DNA of 64,000 nucleotides, from contig NW_027192203.1 in the NCBI RefSeq assembly GCF_041956535.1, forward strand, positions 310,001-374,000, in the 5' to 3' direction. Under the pieces are notes generated by a model. It was not told where the DNA came from. It saw only the letters and a program-made list of their open reading frames with translations, and made no database searches. Origin of the DNA: Calcarisporiella thermophila CBS 279.70. Taxonomy: Eukaryota; Fungi; Calcarisporiellomycota. This document shows positions 23,678 to 36,460 of this stretch, in pieces. The position numbers were made by a program, and so were the translations under genes. The first letter of the stretch is position 1. Every line of letters begins with the position of its first letter.

Positions 23678-25134
23678 TCAAAATTTGTTTCCTTTTCGTC
23701 TCCGCTTATCCACTGAGGACTTCTCCATGGATCCATTTAGTTCTGCTTCATCATGCTGTTTACGCTTTAAGTGGGGTACTGTTGTAACCTCTCTTTTCAC
23801 GATCGCATCGCCTGCATTAATATCATTTACCCTTAAAGCGTACCTCCTTAAATCTGCTGTGAATAGTACTTGATGTGCCCATCCACTATATGGAGACCAT
23901 TGCTTCTGCAGATGTGTTTGTATGGCTTCATAAATTTTTGGAGTTAAACTCTTAGCAGGCCGAAAGCCGTAATATCGACAAGCAATTTGATAAACGTGCG
24001 TATCTACAAATAGAATAATAAAATTAATGTCAAAGCTTTTTAAAAACAAAACGAACATTTTGCACCTATTGGAATGGCTTCATGCTGCTCTAAAGACAGC
24101 AATAGCTTTAGAAATAGATATAAGTAAACACATCCCATTATTACGAGCCTTAGTATTTACCACACAATCTGCAACTTTAGGTCCCACTCCAGAAAGTTGT
24201 AATAACTTCTCGCGTGCCTCTTTATAACTCAAACTTTTAAGTCCATATAGCCACGCTTCCTTCTCAGGATAGTTATCCATAATATATTTAGCTGTTTGCA
24301 TAATATATTTTGCCCTATATCCAAAACCTGCTCTACGTAACTCCATTTCCACGCTTGAGCCAGCAAGTGCTTCGAGAGAGGGAAAATCATGAAAGTCATG
24401 ACCGTTGAGTGTGCCTATTTTTTTACCATAGTGCTGGCAAAGCTTGTCAATCTATTGTAAAAATAATTAATAAATCCAGAGACTAAACCAAGAAATCCAA
24501 AATATTGAGTGACAAACCATTTGTGATATCCTAGCCACATTATTATTAGAAGAGCATATAAAGGAAAAGAGGCATTCAATTGGATCTAGTTTCAAAAGCC
24601 TATGTCCACTAAAAGCTTTGACTACTCTTGCAAAATTCGAGTCCTTTGACCAACGCTTGCACTCTTTAACGTAAGATACTAAACATGAAGCGATTAGTTG
24701 AAGGACTTGACATAGGATTGGTCTGAATAGACTCACAATGCAAACGAAAATAATCTTGTAAAATCTCGTAAACTTTGGGGTAATGGTCGTTTTCTACCAC
24801 GCCATTTTCACTGGTTGAGTTAGAATTATACGCTCTATATAGAACGGTTGTACCTGAGAAGGCGAAATATGAGTAGGATATAGTATTGAGTGAATATTAT
24901 ATCATACTCGTCTGTTTAAGTGATATTAGATAACCATGAAGAACGCAAGACCATTCATCGGCTCCGGTTTGCCGCCATCTGAACGATTGACCTGAATTCA
25001 ACGTAGTATCAAGTCGAAGCTATCACCAGATATATCCACTTGTAACTCCATCAAGCATTAAAAAATTGTGAAAAAACATAGAAGTAAACCTCTTCAACTG
25101 CGGTACCAAGACTCTTCCACGGAGAAATTGACAT
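23678..25134 (-). CDS. OGG1: 8-oxoguanine DNA glycosylase/AP lyase
   Basis: [15 protein letters not shown]; [23 protein letters not shown]; [13 protein letters not shown]; [12 protein letters not shown]|..AIPI|DTHVYQIA; [10 protein letters not shown]. Confidence 0.95.
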
Positions 25135-25493
25135 GGGGAAAGAAAGTTTCCTGACAATATTCATGTAGAACGTAAATATGGGGATATGAGTAGAACAGTT
25201 ATAAGCCACTTTAATATAATCTGGATTTATGGACGAGATTTTTGAAGTTACAAAGGTTGTTTTTTTCACTGTCAATACAACAGAGAGTGATGACTTTTCT
25301 GCTCTCAGTAACCCTCTGGCACGATATTTTTCGATGTTCCTCTGTTCCAATAGTCATATCACTAAATAATTTTAATATTGAACTTACAATAATTAAATAT
25401 ACTGTAGAGAGTAAAATTAAAATGGTATAAAAAATACAGTCACCTTACAATTTACTTATAATTTTATATTATCAAAAAAATAAACGGGTGAGA

Positions 25494-26551
25494 ATGCCCA
25501 GGAACAAGGTATGTACATACATAGCTAATGTGATAATATTAAACCAAATAACATATTATCCAGAGCGATCAGTCTGACGAGAGTCCGGTAGCAATAGCTA
25601 ACAAAGTAAGCAAATTTCAAATTCACTCGTCATTTATTGTAGTTTGCTAATAATTTTTAGGCGACGGATATCATATCGTTTCTTGGCTCATCAAAAGAAT
25701 ACACGAAAAATGGGTATGCACCTCATCGTTATCTAATTCAATTGAATCCTAATATATATCATTGAGTACAGATTAGATCTCGTAATAGATTATTTTCCTT
25801 TCAGTCAATTGTCAGATGAATTGAGGGAATGGACCTTCCAGCTAGTGAAATCAAACATGTACACTCTGTAAGTTTAGCTCTTTATACTTTCAAGGCGATA
25901 AAATACTTATTTTACCCGATTTTAATGCCAAAGGTATGCCAATTCCAATGATGGATGGAACGACAGCTCAAAACGTCGTGAGATGTCAGAGGAACATGCC
26001 CGTTATCTGATAGCAAAACAAAAGTCGGATGGCACCCCAGTAGGCTTTGTTTATTTCCAATTCACATACGAAGAAACTATGGATGATAATGTCGATGCAG
26101 AAGTTATTTACTGGTAAAAAGTTAACATGTTACAATCTTAGAGCGTTTTATAACAGAAATCCAGCTATGAAATACAGGTGATACCAGAGGCAACTAATAA
26201 AGGTCTCGGAGAACACATGATGCGATTGATGGAAAACATAGGGAGGCATTGGGGGATGGAGAAATCAATGCTAACCGTGTTCAAAGGTATAGTTTCATGA
26301 GTTGGCATCATTTTATAGCGACAAGCTCCAACCTTGTTCTGAATAGCAAATGAGCGAGCATTTAAGTTCTACAAAGAAAGGCTAGGGTATATCATGAGCT
26401 TTTTGACACCCTATATATATTGTTCACCATCGTATATTTTATCCGTATATTTTCTAGATACCAACTAGATGAAATATCGCCCAGTGTATGCCTTCCCCCC
26501 AGAAGGGCGAGACGCTTTGATTACGAAATATTGAGTCTACGACTTCAATAG
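25494..26551 (+). CDS. NAA40: N-alpha-acetyltransferase 40 (NatD, histone H4/H2A); about 8 small exons, missing from the ORF track
   Basis: WTFQLVKSNMYTL|Y..GWNDSSKRREM..ARYLIA..GFVYFQF..VIYC|YEIQV..KGLGEHMM..MLTVFK|ANERAFKFY..LG|YQLDEISPS..DYEILS. Confidence 0.92.
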
Positions 26552-26768
26552 CGTGTGCGCAAAAATAAAACAAGAGTTAAAAGTGAAAGTCTTTCTGAAA
26601 TACACAGTAGAGATTTGTTTTGGAATCAGATTTGAGACGGATCACAGATATCTGCTCGGTCGGAATCGATTCGCTGATCGATTTTCCTGGAAATTTATAT
26701 TTAAAATTGACTCAACGCTATTTTATTCCAACTTATTCTCTCATTACAAACCTTCTAGATTCTTGGTT

Positions 26769-27875
26769 ATGGTTTCAAATCTGTCATCATTAACAACGAG
26801 ATTTGCTACTAATCTCAAGCGACGGGGGACACTAGATTTCTATTGTGTCCAAACTCGACGGTTTGCGGTAAATGCAGAGGTGAAAAATCGATTCAATCAC
26901 TTGCGCTTGAGCAATACACAATATGAAACCGAGGAGCCATTGTCAAACCAAGCCCAGCCAATTTCTAAATTGGAAGTATCTCATGAGGATCTGGCGAAGC
27001 ATCATGATAGAGGACTCTCATCTCTACTAGAGAAAAACCGTCGGTGGGCGCACGATACTCAAATTAACAGCCCATCCTTTTTTACTTCTTTAGCAAAAAA
27101 TCAGGAACCTGATATACTTTGGATTGGTATAAATAATAGCACTGCTTTTTTCTTCCTTTACGATTTTTACATAAATCAATCTCTTTAGGCTGTTCAGATT
27201 CAAGAGTACCGCCCACGCAAATTCTTCAGCTTGCTCCTGGTGATGTGTTTGTTCATCGTAGTGTTGCGAACATTGTTGGCAAATCCGAAACCAAAGATAT
27301 GAGTGCGCTAGCTGCCGTTCAGTTTGCTGTTGAAGTCTTGAAAGTAAAACACATAATCGTATGCGGTAAATATAATGCTGATCAAATATGGTGCCATGGA
27401 CATAATTTAATTGTCTTTACTAAAGGTCACTATGGATGCGGGGGGTGTCAGGCGGTTCTTCGAAATGACCAGAGCCCTCCTGATATAGTGGACAGCTGGC
27501 TTCGAGATGTTAAGAATATTTATCAATGTAAGCCCTGACAAGGCTGTCGCGCAAATGATGCACCTAGCTGATGGTATTCTTTCTACAGCTTACAAAGAGC
27601 ACCTTGACTCTCTAGAGCCACGTCTTCGTGAGAACCTTTTGATTGAGCTAAATATACTACAGTCAGTGAGTAATATTGCCAGTTCCAAGATCTTGCGCGA
27701 TGCTTGGCAGCGTGGCCAAAACGTTTCGGTACATGCTTGGTGCTATGAACTTGAGACAGGCTTAGTTAAAGATATGGGCATCACGTTGCGGTCACCCGAC
27801 GAAATCACCCGCATCGAGGATGCTATTAAGAGACGAATCGGCTCTAATCAAAAGGAACTGTTGGATATCAATTGA
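26769..27875 (+). CDS. NCE103: Beta-class carbonic anhydrase with a probable mitochondrial presequence
   Basis: QEPDILWI|GCSDSRVP; GDVFVHRSVAN; FAVEVLKVKHIIVC|GHYGCGG (Zn ligands Cys, His, Cys); Arg/Ser/Thr-rich N-terminus. Confidence 0.93.
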
Positions 27876-29651
27876 AAAGAAGTAGAGTTGAAGCAATTTA
27901 TTTAATCTGATAATCTGAACTTGGTCGCCTTCTTTTCTTCGTACTATTTCCACCAGTATTAATTCTATATTATCTACCCTTTTGGAGGGGGCTGTTCTTA
28001 ACATGACGTTTTGCCAAGCTATTTCATTCACTTCATTCATCCCTCAAACTTTAACTTGGCGGAAATGGTGATCGGTTACAAAGCGTTAATAGTGCTCCAT
28101 TTGCACTTAGAGTATGCATTAGCTTTGCTATATCGATGTTAGCAAAAGAACTCCACCGTAATTTTAGGATCTGGAGTTCGGAAAAACTTTTTTGTACGAA
28201 GGGTCATACCAGATTTCTGATGGATCTTAAATATGACGAAAGTTGTATCCCTCGGCTAATCGATTAATCTTTACGCAAGCGCAATCCCCAATCCATGCTC
28301 TAATGCCAATTTAATAAGCTACGCTTGCAGTAATAATGTAATCAACATTGAGAATGGACTAATATCGTGTATAATTTTCCCGGTTTTATTAAAAAACCTA
28401 AAACTCTCAGCAATTGTTTATTTTAATACCTGACCGAGCATTAAGAAAAACATTAGAGCTAATATTGTACGGATTGCTAAGTTTGTTCTAGTGTATTAAA
28501 AGAGAATCTACATGAAGCACATTACGTTATTTGTTTGTGTAAAAGATTCCTATTGATAATCCATTTTCCAAGTTAATTAACATGAGGGTATCGGCATCCA
28601 CTGCATCCATCCTATACCAATTATAATATACGTATAATATACCCTGGCAAACCACCGTTATATACCGTCCATCAAGTGTCCAAATACATATAAAACAAAG
28701 GAAAAAATGTCTCGAATAATTAAACTTTTATTATTAATTGTATGTAATGTTGAATCTGATTGATTGTCTTAATAGTTGACAATGGCGCACATTCAACGCT
28801 GCTAAAACTGGGATTTTGCCGAGAAAAAGCGGTAGGACATATCTTAAACTTTGCCTTATAGTTCAGTTATGACAACCCTAAGATTCAAAACAGGGATTTG
28901 TTATGGACACATTTGGTTTGAAACCCCGCTCCGGAACCATCCCTAGAGCCCCTCGTCGAGTCTCCTGTAAGGCTGAATGAGAGCATTTGAATAAACACCG
29001 CAGCGGGGGGGGGTCTTTGGCATCAGATATCTCCGGGATAGCAGAATACAGCGCAGAGTGGCCGGCTCTGTCTTATGCCTGTTGTTCAAGCACTCAACTC
29101 ATGCCGGGCCTCATTGTTTGTTAATTGTGCGGATAATCTAGGCGCAAATGAAGGATACGAGCGGAATCGCCCGCCCTAAGGGGCTCGAACCCAATGTGCA
29201 TCCACCCACGTGCGCCTTGCAAAAGCTGCCTCATTCACGGCCGGGTAATTTGGAGGAAAAACGAATTGCAAAAAAGTTCAAACGTTGAGTCTTTGCCAAC
29301 AATGTCATAGCGTGATAAGGTATCACAGCCCTGTGAATGGACGTGATCGGAAATTTATCCTGAGCCGACCGGTGAAGGAGACAGGGCCATTCCAGGTGAT
29401 TTGGAACATTCACCCGAGAGCAGTCGGATGAACTTTTCCAAAAACCGCTCAACTATTAAACAGCTTTCGGTCGTTGGTTCCTCAAACCTGTCTTTGTAAA
29501 GCCGATATTTCCATTTTTTTGCTCTATTTATAAGGTGTGCTGGCTCTTCTCTTTGCAAACACACTTCTTGTTTATTTTCAATTCTAGCATTAGACCCATT
29601 CTCGTGACAATAGAAGGTTCCCCTCCCCTCCTACTCTCATAGTATATTCAG

Positions 29652-29743
29652 GTAAACGCGGCGTTTTAGGTGTCCCTCTGCGGCGTTTTGGCTAAACTGC
29701 TTTTTTTTCCCTTAGTAACGCAATTTGTCTTTTCCTTCTTTAG
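29652..29743 (+). other. Probable 5'-UTR intron of PMA1
   Basis: CAG|GTAAAC donor, long pyrimidine tract and TTTAG acceptor 85 nt upstream of the PMA1 ATG; TATA-like TATTTATAA at ~29525. Confidence 0.55.
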
Positions 29744-29828
29744 AGAGTACTCAACACCATTCACCTCCTCTTCACTTCAATTAACTTTTGTACATATATA
29801 ATCCCTCTCCTCATTCCTTGGCCCGACT

Positions 29829-32702
29829 ATGTCGCCAGAAAACCCTAAGCAAACGCAAGAAGAGCAACATTCCGATGCCGTTGAAATCCAGCCTCCAAAT
29901 GGCCAGAATGAAAAGAATGAGAAGGTTGAGAAGGCGGAGAAGCCCGACGAGAAAAAGGTGGGCAATGTAGAATTTGAAGAAGTGGTGCATCACGAGCACG
30001 AGGACGACATACCACCCGAGTTGGAGGAGCTGCTCCACACTGACCCCTCTAAAGGCTTGACGAGCGAAGAAGCTGCAGAGCGACTTGAGAAGTTTGGCCG
30101 AAATGAGCTTGCGGAGAAAAAAACCAACCCGATTCTCAAATTCCTCAGCTTCTTTACGGGCGCCATAGCATATTTGATTGAGATAGCTTGTATTCTCGCC
30201 GGTGTCACTAGGGATTGGCCCGATTTTGGAATCATCCTTGCTCTTCTCTTCATCAACGCGATCATTGGATTTGTGGAGGAGGCCAAGGCGGAGAGCGCAC
30301 TCGATGCACTCAAACAGAATTTGGCCCTCAAGTCCAAGGTATGGCGCGATGGAAACCTAGAGGAGCTGGATTCCGCGCTTCTTGTTCCTGGCGATGTGAT
30401 TGTGCTGCGTCTTGGTGATATTATTCCCGCCGACGCACGCCTGCTCGGGATTGGCGTTAATGGGGAGCCCACCGAGGGCGATCTCCACGTCGATCAATCT
30501 GCCCTCACCGGAGAGTCGCTGCCAGTGACGAAGAACAAGGGGGGCACGGTCTACTCGTCGTCGGTCGTGAAGCAAGGCCAGCAAATGGCGGTGGTAACGA
30601 AGACGGGCGGAAACACGTTTATCGGTCGTGCCGCGAATCTGATCTCCATCACCACGGAGGAGGGACACTTCCAAAAGATCATCAATCGTATCGGCAACGT
30701 CCTCATTGTTATTACTGTTGTCTTGGTGCTTATTTTGCTCGGTTATCTCCTCGGCATAACTCGCGCGCAGGATCCTCTCGGTTCGATCCAGAAAATCCTT
30801 GTGCTTACCATTGCAGCTATCCCCGTTGGTCTCCCCACCGTAATGTCCGTCACCATGGCGTTCGGCGCAAAACAGCTCGCAAAGAAACAGGTCATCGTCA
30901 AACGTCTGACGGCCGTCGAGGAAATGGCCTCTGTGTCCGTGCTCTGCTCGGACAAAACTGGAACCCTCACCATGAACGAGCTTACCTTCGATGAACCGTA
31001 TCTATGCCCCGGATTCACTTCCGACGACATTCTTCTCTACTCTTACCTCGCCGCCGAGCCCGGAGCAAACGATCCCATTGAATCTGCCGTGCGCCGTGCC
31101 GCTGATGAACAACTGGCGATCCTCCAGGATCGGAAGAACAAGCATGAGGTCCCTGGCTACAAGGTGACCTCATTTTTGCCATTCAATCCGGTGACAAAGA
31201 TGACCCAGGCCACCGTCACCAATCTCGAAACAAACGATGTCTTCAAGGTTGCCAAAGGCGCTCCCCAGGTCATTATCAAACTGGTAGGCGGAAATGATGA
31301 TGCGGTGCGTGCTGTGAATGCTTTGGCCCGACGTGGTCTTCGTGCACTTGGTGTTGCCCGCACAGTCCCTGGCGATGTCGAGACGTATGAACTAGTAGGC
31401 ATGATTTCGCTGCTCGACCCTCCACGCCCCGACTCCGCCCAAACCATCGCAGAGTGTGAGAGCATGGGTGTTAATGTTAAGATGATCACCGGTGATCAAT
31501 TGATCATTGCCAAGGAGGTTGCGCAACGACTCGGTATGCAGCGCGTCATTCTTGACGCCAACCATCTCGTCGATCCCAACAAATCTGAGCAGGAGGTGAC
31601 GGAACACTGTCAGCGTGCCGACGGTTTCGCCCAAGTCATTCCCGAACACAAATACCGCGTAGTTGAGCTTCTACAGAAGAAAGGTCTCCTGGTTGGTATG
31701 ACCGGCGATGGGGTGAACGATGCGCCTGCACTCAAGAAGGCCAACGTGGGTATTGCTGTTCACGGCTGTACCGATGCCGCTCGCTCCGCCGCAGACATTG
31801 TCCTCCTCGCCCCCGGTCTCTCCACCATCGTAGACGGCATCAAAACCTCCCGCGCCATCTTCCAGCGCATGCGATCTTATGCCCTATACCGTATTACATC
31901 TACCATCCACTTCTTAATCTTCTTCTTCCTGATCACCCTGATTGAGAGATGGGAAATGACCCCCTTGCTCCTTATCCTTATTTGCGTGTTGAATGATGCC
32001 GCCACGATTGTGATCGCATGGGACAACGCCCAGATCTCGAACAAGCCCGACAAATGGCGCCTCGGTCAGCTGTTGGTCATGTCGACCGTTCTCGGCTGTT
32101 TGCTGGCCTGCATGTCATTTGCTCACTTCTATATTGCTCGCGACGTCTTCCACGTCACCGACGGCCAGCTCGAGGGTATCATGTACCTGCATATCTCGTC
32201 GTGTCCTCACTTCGTCATCTTTTCCACGCGTATCCCCGGGTATATCTGGCAGAACTTCCCCTCGCTCATCTTCTCCATCGTGATTATCGCCACGCAAATC
32301 TTCGCCATGTTCATGTCCATTTATGGTGCCTTCGGTTCTGGCGAGCACGTTGAGCCCATCGGATGGCCATGGGGTATTGTCATCATGTGCATTTCCTTCG
32401 CCTATATGTTTGTACTTGACTTTGTCAAAGTTCAGATGTTCCGGTATGTATCTTGGTTGATGGAGGATTGTTTGGCTAGCTTCAGGTTGAGTTGACCCCA
32501 TATCTTTCTTCATCTCCATAGCCACTGGTCCTTCGAACGCACTGTGTTCCTACTGCCTACCCCTGCACGCCGCGCTAAGCTTGCCAAACGCAAAGAAGAG
32601 GCTGAGAAACGCACACGTATCCGCGCTGTTCGCAACAAAGTTCGCAAAGCCGTCCTTGTGGCTACCGCCATTAGTGCCCTGAGGGAAGGCAAATCGACCT
32701 AA
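29829..32702 (+). CDS. PMA1: Plasma-membrane P3A H+-ATPase
   Basis: DQSALTGES, IPVGLP, CSDKTGTLT phosphorylation site, KGAP, DPPR, MITGD, TGDGVNDAPALKKA; one intron near 32445-32521; last exon ends EGKST-TAA. Confidence 0.97.
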
Positions 32703-32965
32703 GTTATCCATAATTTATTACATTGCCTCACCAAACAAATAGAGGATTCTGTATATGGTGTATTTTGAGGCAGAGGCTGAGGGAAAGGGTGCTATTTATG
32801 TAATTTCTTTATGTTTATTGCTTGCATACCATTATTTTTTTTCTTTCGATTAAATGAATACATTAAATATAAAAAGAAAGTTGGGAAGAGAGACAAAAAA
32901 TTTAGAGATAGGATAGTCATTCTATGGTCTATTAGGATGTTCTAAACCTGAAAAAAAGAGAGCAG

Positions 32966-33899
32966 CTATTGCGACGACTCGATCTCCTCTATAAGCTTCT
33001 CGACTAGCTGAGCGACCCCGTCCTCATCATTGGTTGCGGTGGTATAGGCCGCAATTTGCTTCAAGCTTTGATGAGCGTTCCCCATAGCATAACCACGACC
33101 GGCCCACTGTATCATTTCAATATCATTATGATTATCTCCCACGCTAACGACCGCCTCTCGTGGAACCCCGAGCTTCTCACAATAGGCAGCAAGAGTCGAA
33201 CCTTTGCATACCCCTGGAGCTGAAAACTCCACATAATCTTCCCCGCTAAATGTGACCTTGCAAGGTGACCCTTCAGCAAGCAGTTCTTTCGGCATTTGTT
33301 CGTACATCTCTTCCGCGGTCAATCCCGGAACCAATAAAGTTATCTTGCCGGGAGTGTCGTTGCTGACGAGATCGAGGGCAGTGGGAACCACCTGAACTGG
33401 TACAGTAGGCGGGAAATGATCCTGGCGCATATCATAGTAACGTTGTTCAGCGCGATAACAGGTCCCAGATTCGGCACTGAAGAGCGCGGTGGGAAAACTA
33501 GCAATCAGGAGTTTAATGATATGCCGTGCGGATTCTTGGTCGATATCGCGGCGCTCGAGTACAGTTTGGGTGTACGGATCATAAATAATGGCACCATTAG
33601 AACATAAAACCTTTATGAGTGTACATCCATCAGTTTAAGCATGAATTTCTACAATCTCGGTAGATAATTACCGGCGCGTTAACCGGAACAACATCCGTCA
33701 CTTTGTGCACATTTCTTGGTGGGCGCCCTGTGCATAATATAATTTTCACGCCTAGTTCTCCAAGTCGGGAGAGGGCATTGACGGCACGCCGAGAAACCGT
33801 CTTGTTTGAATGCACCAGCGTTCCATCGAGATCCGAAGCGAAGACACGAACCCGTGTAGCTTGTGTAGCATTGGTAAGAGGAGAGTCCAGGCGGGGCAT
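32966..33899 (-). CDS. Cof-type HAD-IIB hydrolase/phosphatase
   Basis: Motif I DLDGTL, motif II TGR, |VLCSNGA after one intron, motif III K (GVCKG), motif IV GDNHND, AMGNA, NDEDGVA. Confidence 0.92.
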
Positions 33900-34476
33900 C
33901 GTTTAGCAGATAGAGAGGAGATTATGTTATGCGAGAGCGAGAAAATACTGTCGAAATCGGAGGCGAAGTTAATGGATAAAATTGATTTGTAGGAACCAAT
34001 TACGCCAGATCTTAATAGTGCATCGAGTAAACTTCCATTTCTATTAAGTTACTAGTTCCACATCATAATAGGCAATCAATGCTGCCATTCTTTGTTAAAA
34101 TATACTTTATTAAAATAAGCAAGATAACAACGAAAGAAGCCCAAGTGCAGCCATAGCAATTGTAAAATGGGAGCACCGAAAGTTCAATCAAGATAAAAAT
34201 AGAATCAACCGGCCCTTTATATGGCGACGCTTAATCAGAAAACGAAGTAAATGTGACGTATCCTAATCAGCACGGAGTGGGCGAGCAAAAATAAGTTTCG
34301 GTAGCGAGTTTGCTAAGCATCTTTGAGTAAAGAAATCTGCGGTCTATTCCCGTTGAAAAATGACCAAGCAAAATTGGACAAATACAAGTTAATTGATGCG
34401 CTCTCCACTCCACACTTCCAGCACAGTTTATACAAAAATCTGGTATATAGGATTTTCCAGCAAAGCATAACGCCCT

Positions 34477-36460
34477 TCATCTTCTTAGGATGACATTGTC
34501 CTCGTCTCCAATTTCTTCCTCTTCCTCGGCGGATGTTTGGTCTGCTTCCATTTTGGACTGCTTCGATCGTGCTTCATTCACTCCCTTAATCACCTCACTG
34601 GCGGGACACTTGTCAGGAGCGTAGTGAACGATAAAATCGCCCTCATCATACCGATTCGGGAACGTGTTGAAGGTGTGGTCGTCCTTATCGAGAACAAGTG
34701 CCTATGACATCCAGATTTTAATCTCCCGCCAAATACTGAGCGTAGCACTTTCATTTACATACCCCTCTCTCCCATTCCGGCTTGTTCATCTCCAGCCACA
34801 TAGCCTTCTGCTCAAAGAACTTTGCGTTGTATTCGTCTTTGCGCGCTTGTACTGCGCGCAGGAAGCCACGGCTCCACTCTGAATTGCGCATCAAAAAGAC
34901 GCCGGCGTTGATCATCGAATCGCCGCGGGGACGCGCAACAATGAGATGCTTCTGGTCAAAGTCGGGCGTAGTTTCCTCGAATTTTTTAAGCAAGCTCTCA
35001 ACGCTGATCGTAGAATTGAAGATCACCGCATCCATGTCAAGCCAAAAGAGCCAGTCGAACCGGGGCAGTACCTTTTCGACTGCATCGAGTTTGCCCCAGA
35101 CTGTTTTGCGTTGTTTCCGCGACTGCTGTTCAAACTCCTTCGATCGTGCAACGAAGGCGTAGTCATGTAGCTTTGCATATTGTCGTTTGTTATCGGCAGC
35201 GACACCAGCTGCTTGGATCATGCACATGTCTGGGTAGACATAGGACGAGGTGAGGACAACGACACTCGGGTGCTCCGAAAGCAGTTCGTTCAACCCCATA
35301 CTGCTATCTGGGTCCTGCTGAATTCGTGAAGGCCAGCGGCGGCACACTTTGGTTGGTTTGATATTATATTTTCTCGCCAGGGTCTTAAACTCGTCGTCAA
35401 GGAATACGTCCAAAACCGCAATCTCGTCGCCATTGATGGCCTCGACCTGGTTTGTCCAAGGCACAATGCGGTGGCTGTCCTCGACAAATTGGAACGCGGG
35501 GGTGTTAGCATTGAGCAGAAACTCGTGGAAGTAGTGCCAATAAGCGGAGGTGATCAGAGTGCCGTTGGAAGGTATGGTGTCTTTAAGCTCAAGCAGGGTG
35601 GCAACTGCCTCCGAACCTACCAAGATCGACTTGTTATCGTCTGCAGACCCATCGAAGCGGCCCCACACAAGGAAGTTGGGATGCTGTGAATTGATGCGGT
35701 GGGTGTAGAAGTTGCCGCCGCCAATCACGCCATTTGTCAGCTCGTCAAGAATTTTATCTACACGGAAAACGGTGCTGCCATCGGCGATAAGCAAATAGTC
35801 ATAGGTGACGCTGTCTTCCAAATCAGCAAGAGACTGCGCCCATTTCATAATGCTTTCCTCGCTGGTATCGTTCATCTCCACGATATCGTCGAACTCTATA
35901 CTCTCTGCAACGTATTGGCGATGAAGATCGGGCATCGCGGCCTTCGCCTTTGCATCATCCTTCACCAGAAATTTGTAAATTACAGAGCCGTCATAGCGGC
36001 GACATGGAACTAGGTTGTCAAAATTCCCAAACATATACTCCCGGATCAACATTCTGCGGGACACATCTTCCACTGGGCTGGTAATTGCTACTAGAAGCGG
36101 ATAATGGCCAGCAGTTTCAAAGATTCCCCGGTCTGCCATTTCGTCTAGATCGCCATGGTCGTGATAGAGCTCCGGCGGGTGGCGAGGAGGGGTCGAATCA
36201 TGGAGCGGGTCAGGTGAGTGGGTGGCAGGAGAGTGGAGGAAATCTTTAGTCTGTTCGGGAATATTGAGCAAAAGTAGAAGAAAAAGCGCAATTAGAGCAA
36301 GGCCCAGATATAAACGGCGATTCCCACGGAAAATCCCTCCACGATAATGGGCGGAGGGGAGCTGTGCTTGCATCTCTTCAAGTGAACGCAACTTTAAAGG
36401 TGAATTCAGGTCAGTATCTGCTGAGCGTATTCTGAATGTATCCCTCTGACGAGAAGTCAT
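34477..36460 (-). CDS. Type II Golgi glycosyltransferase: GT31-like domain fused to a GT34 (GMA12/MNN10) domain
   Basis: TM anchor LYLGLALIALFLLLLL; GT34 motifs NKRQYAKLHDY, VWGKLDAV, DWLFWLDMDAVI, INAGVFLMRNSEWS, EQKAM, GDFIVHYAP; one intron near the 3' end. Confidence 0.88.

Noticed and set aside
29140-29250. Possible tRNA on the minus strand (GGGTTCGAGCCCC)
   Set aside because: The T-stem pairs only 3 bp, and no acceptor, D or anticodon arms can be built.
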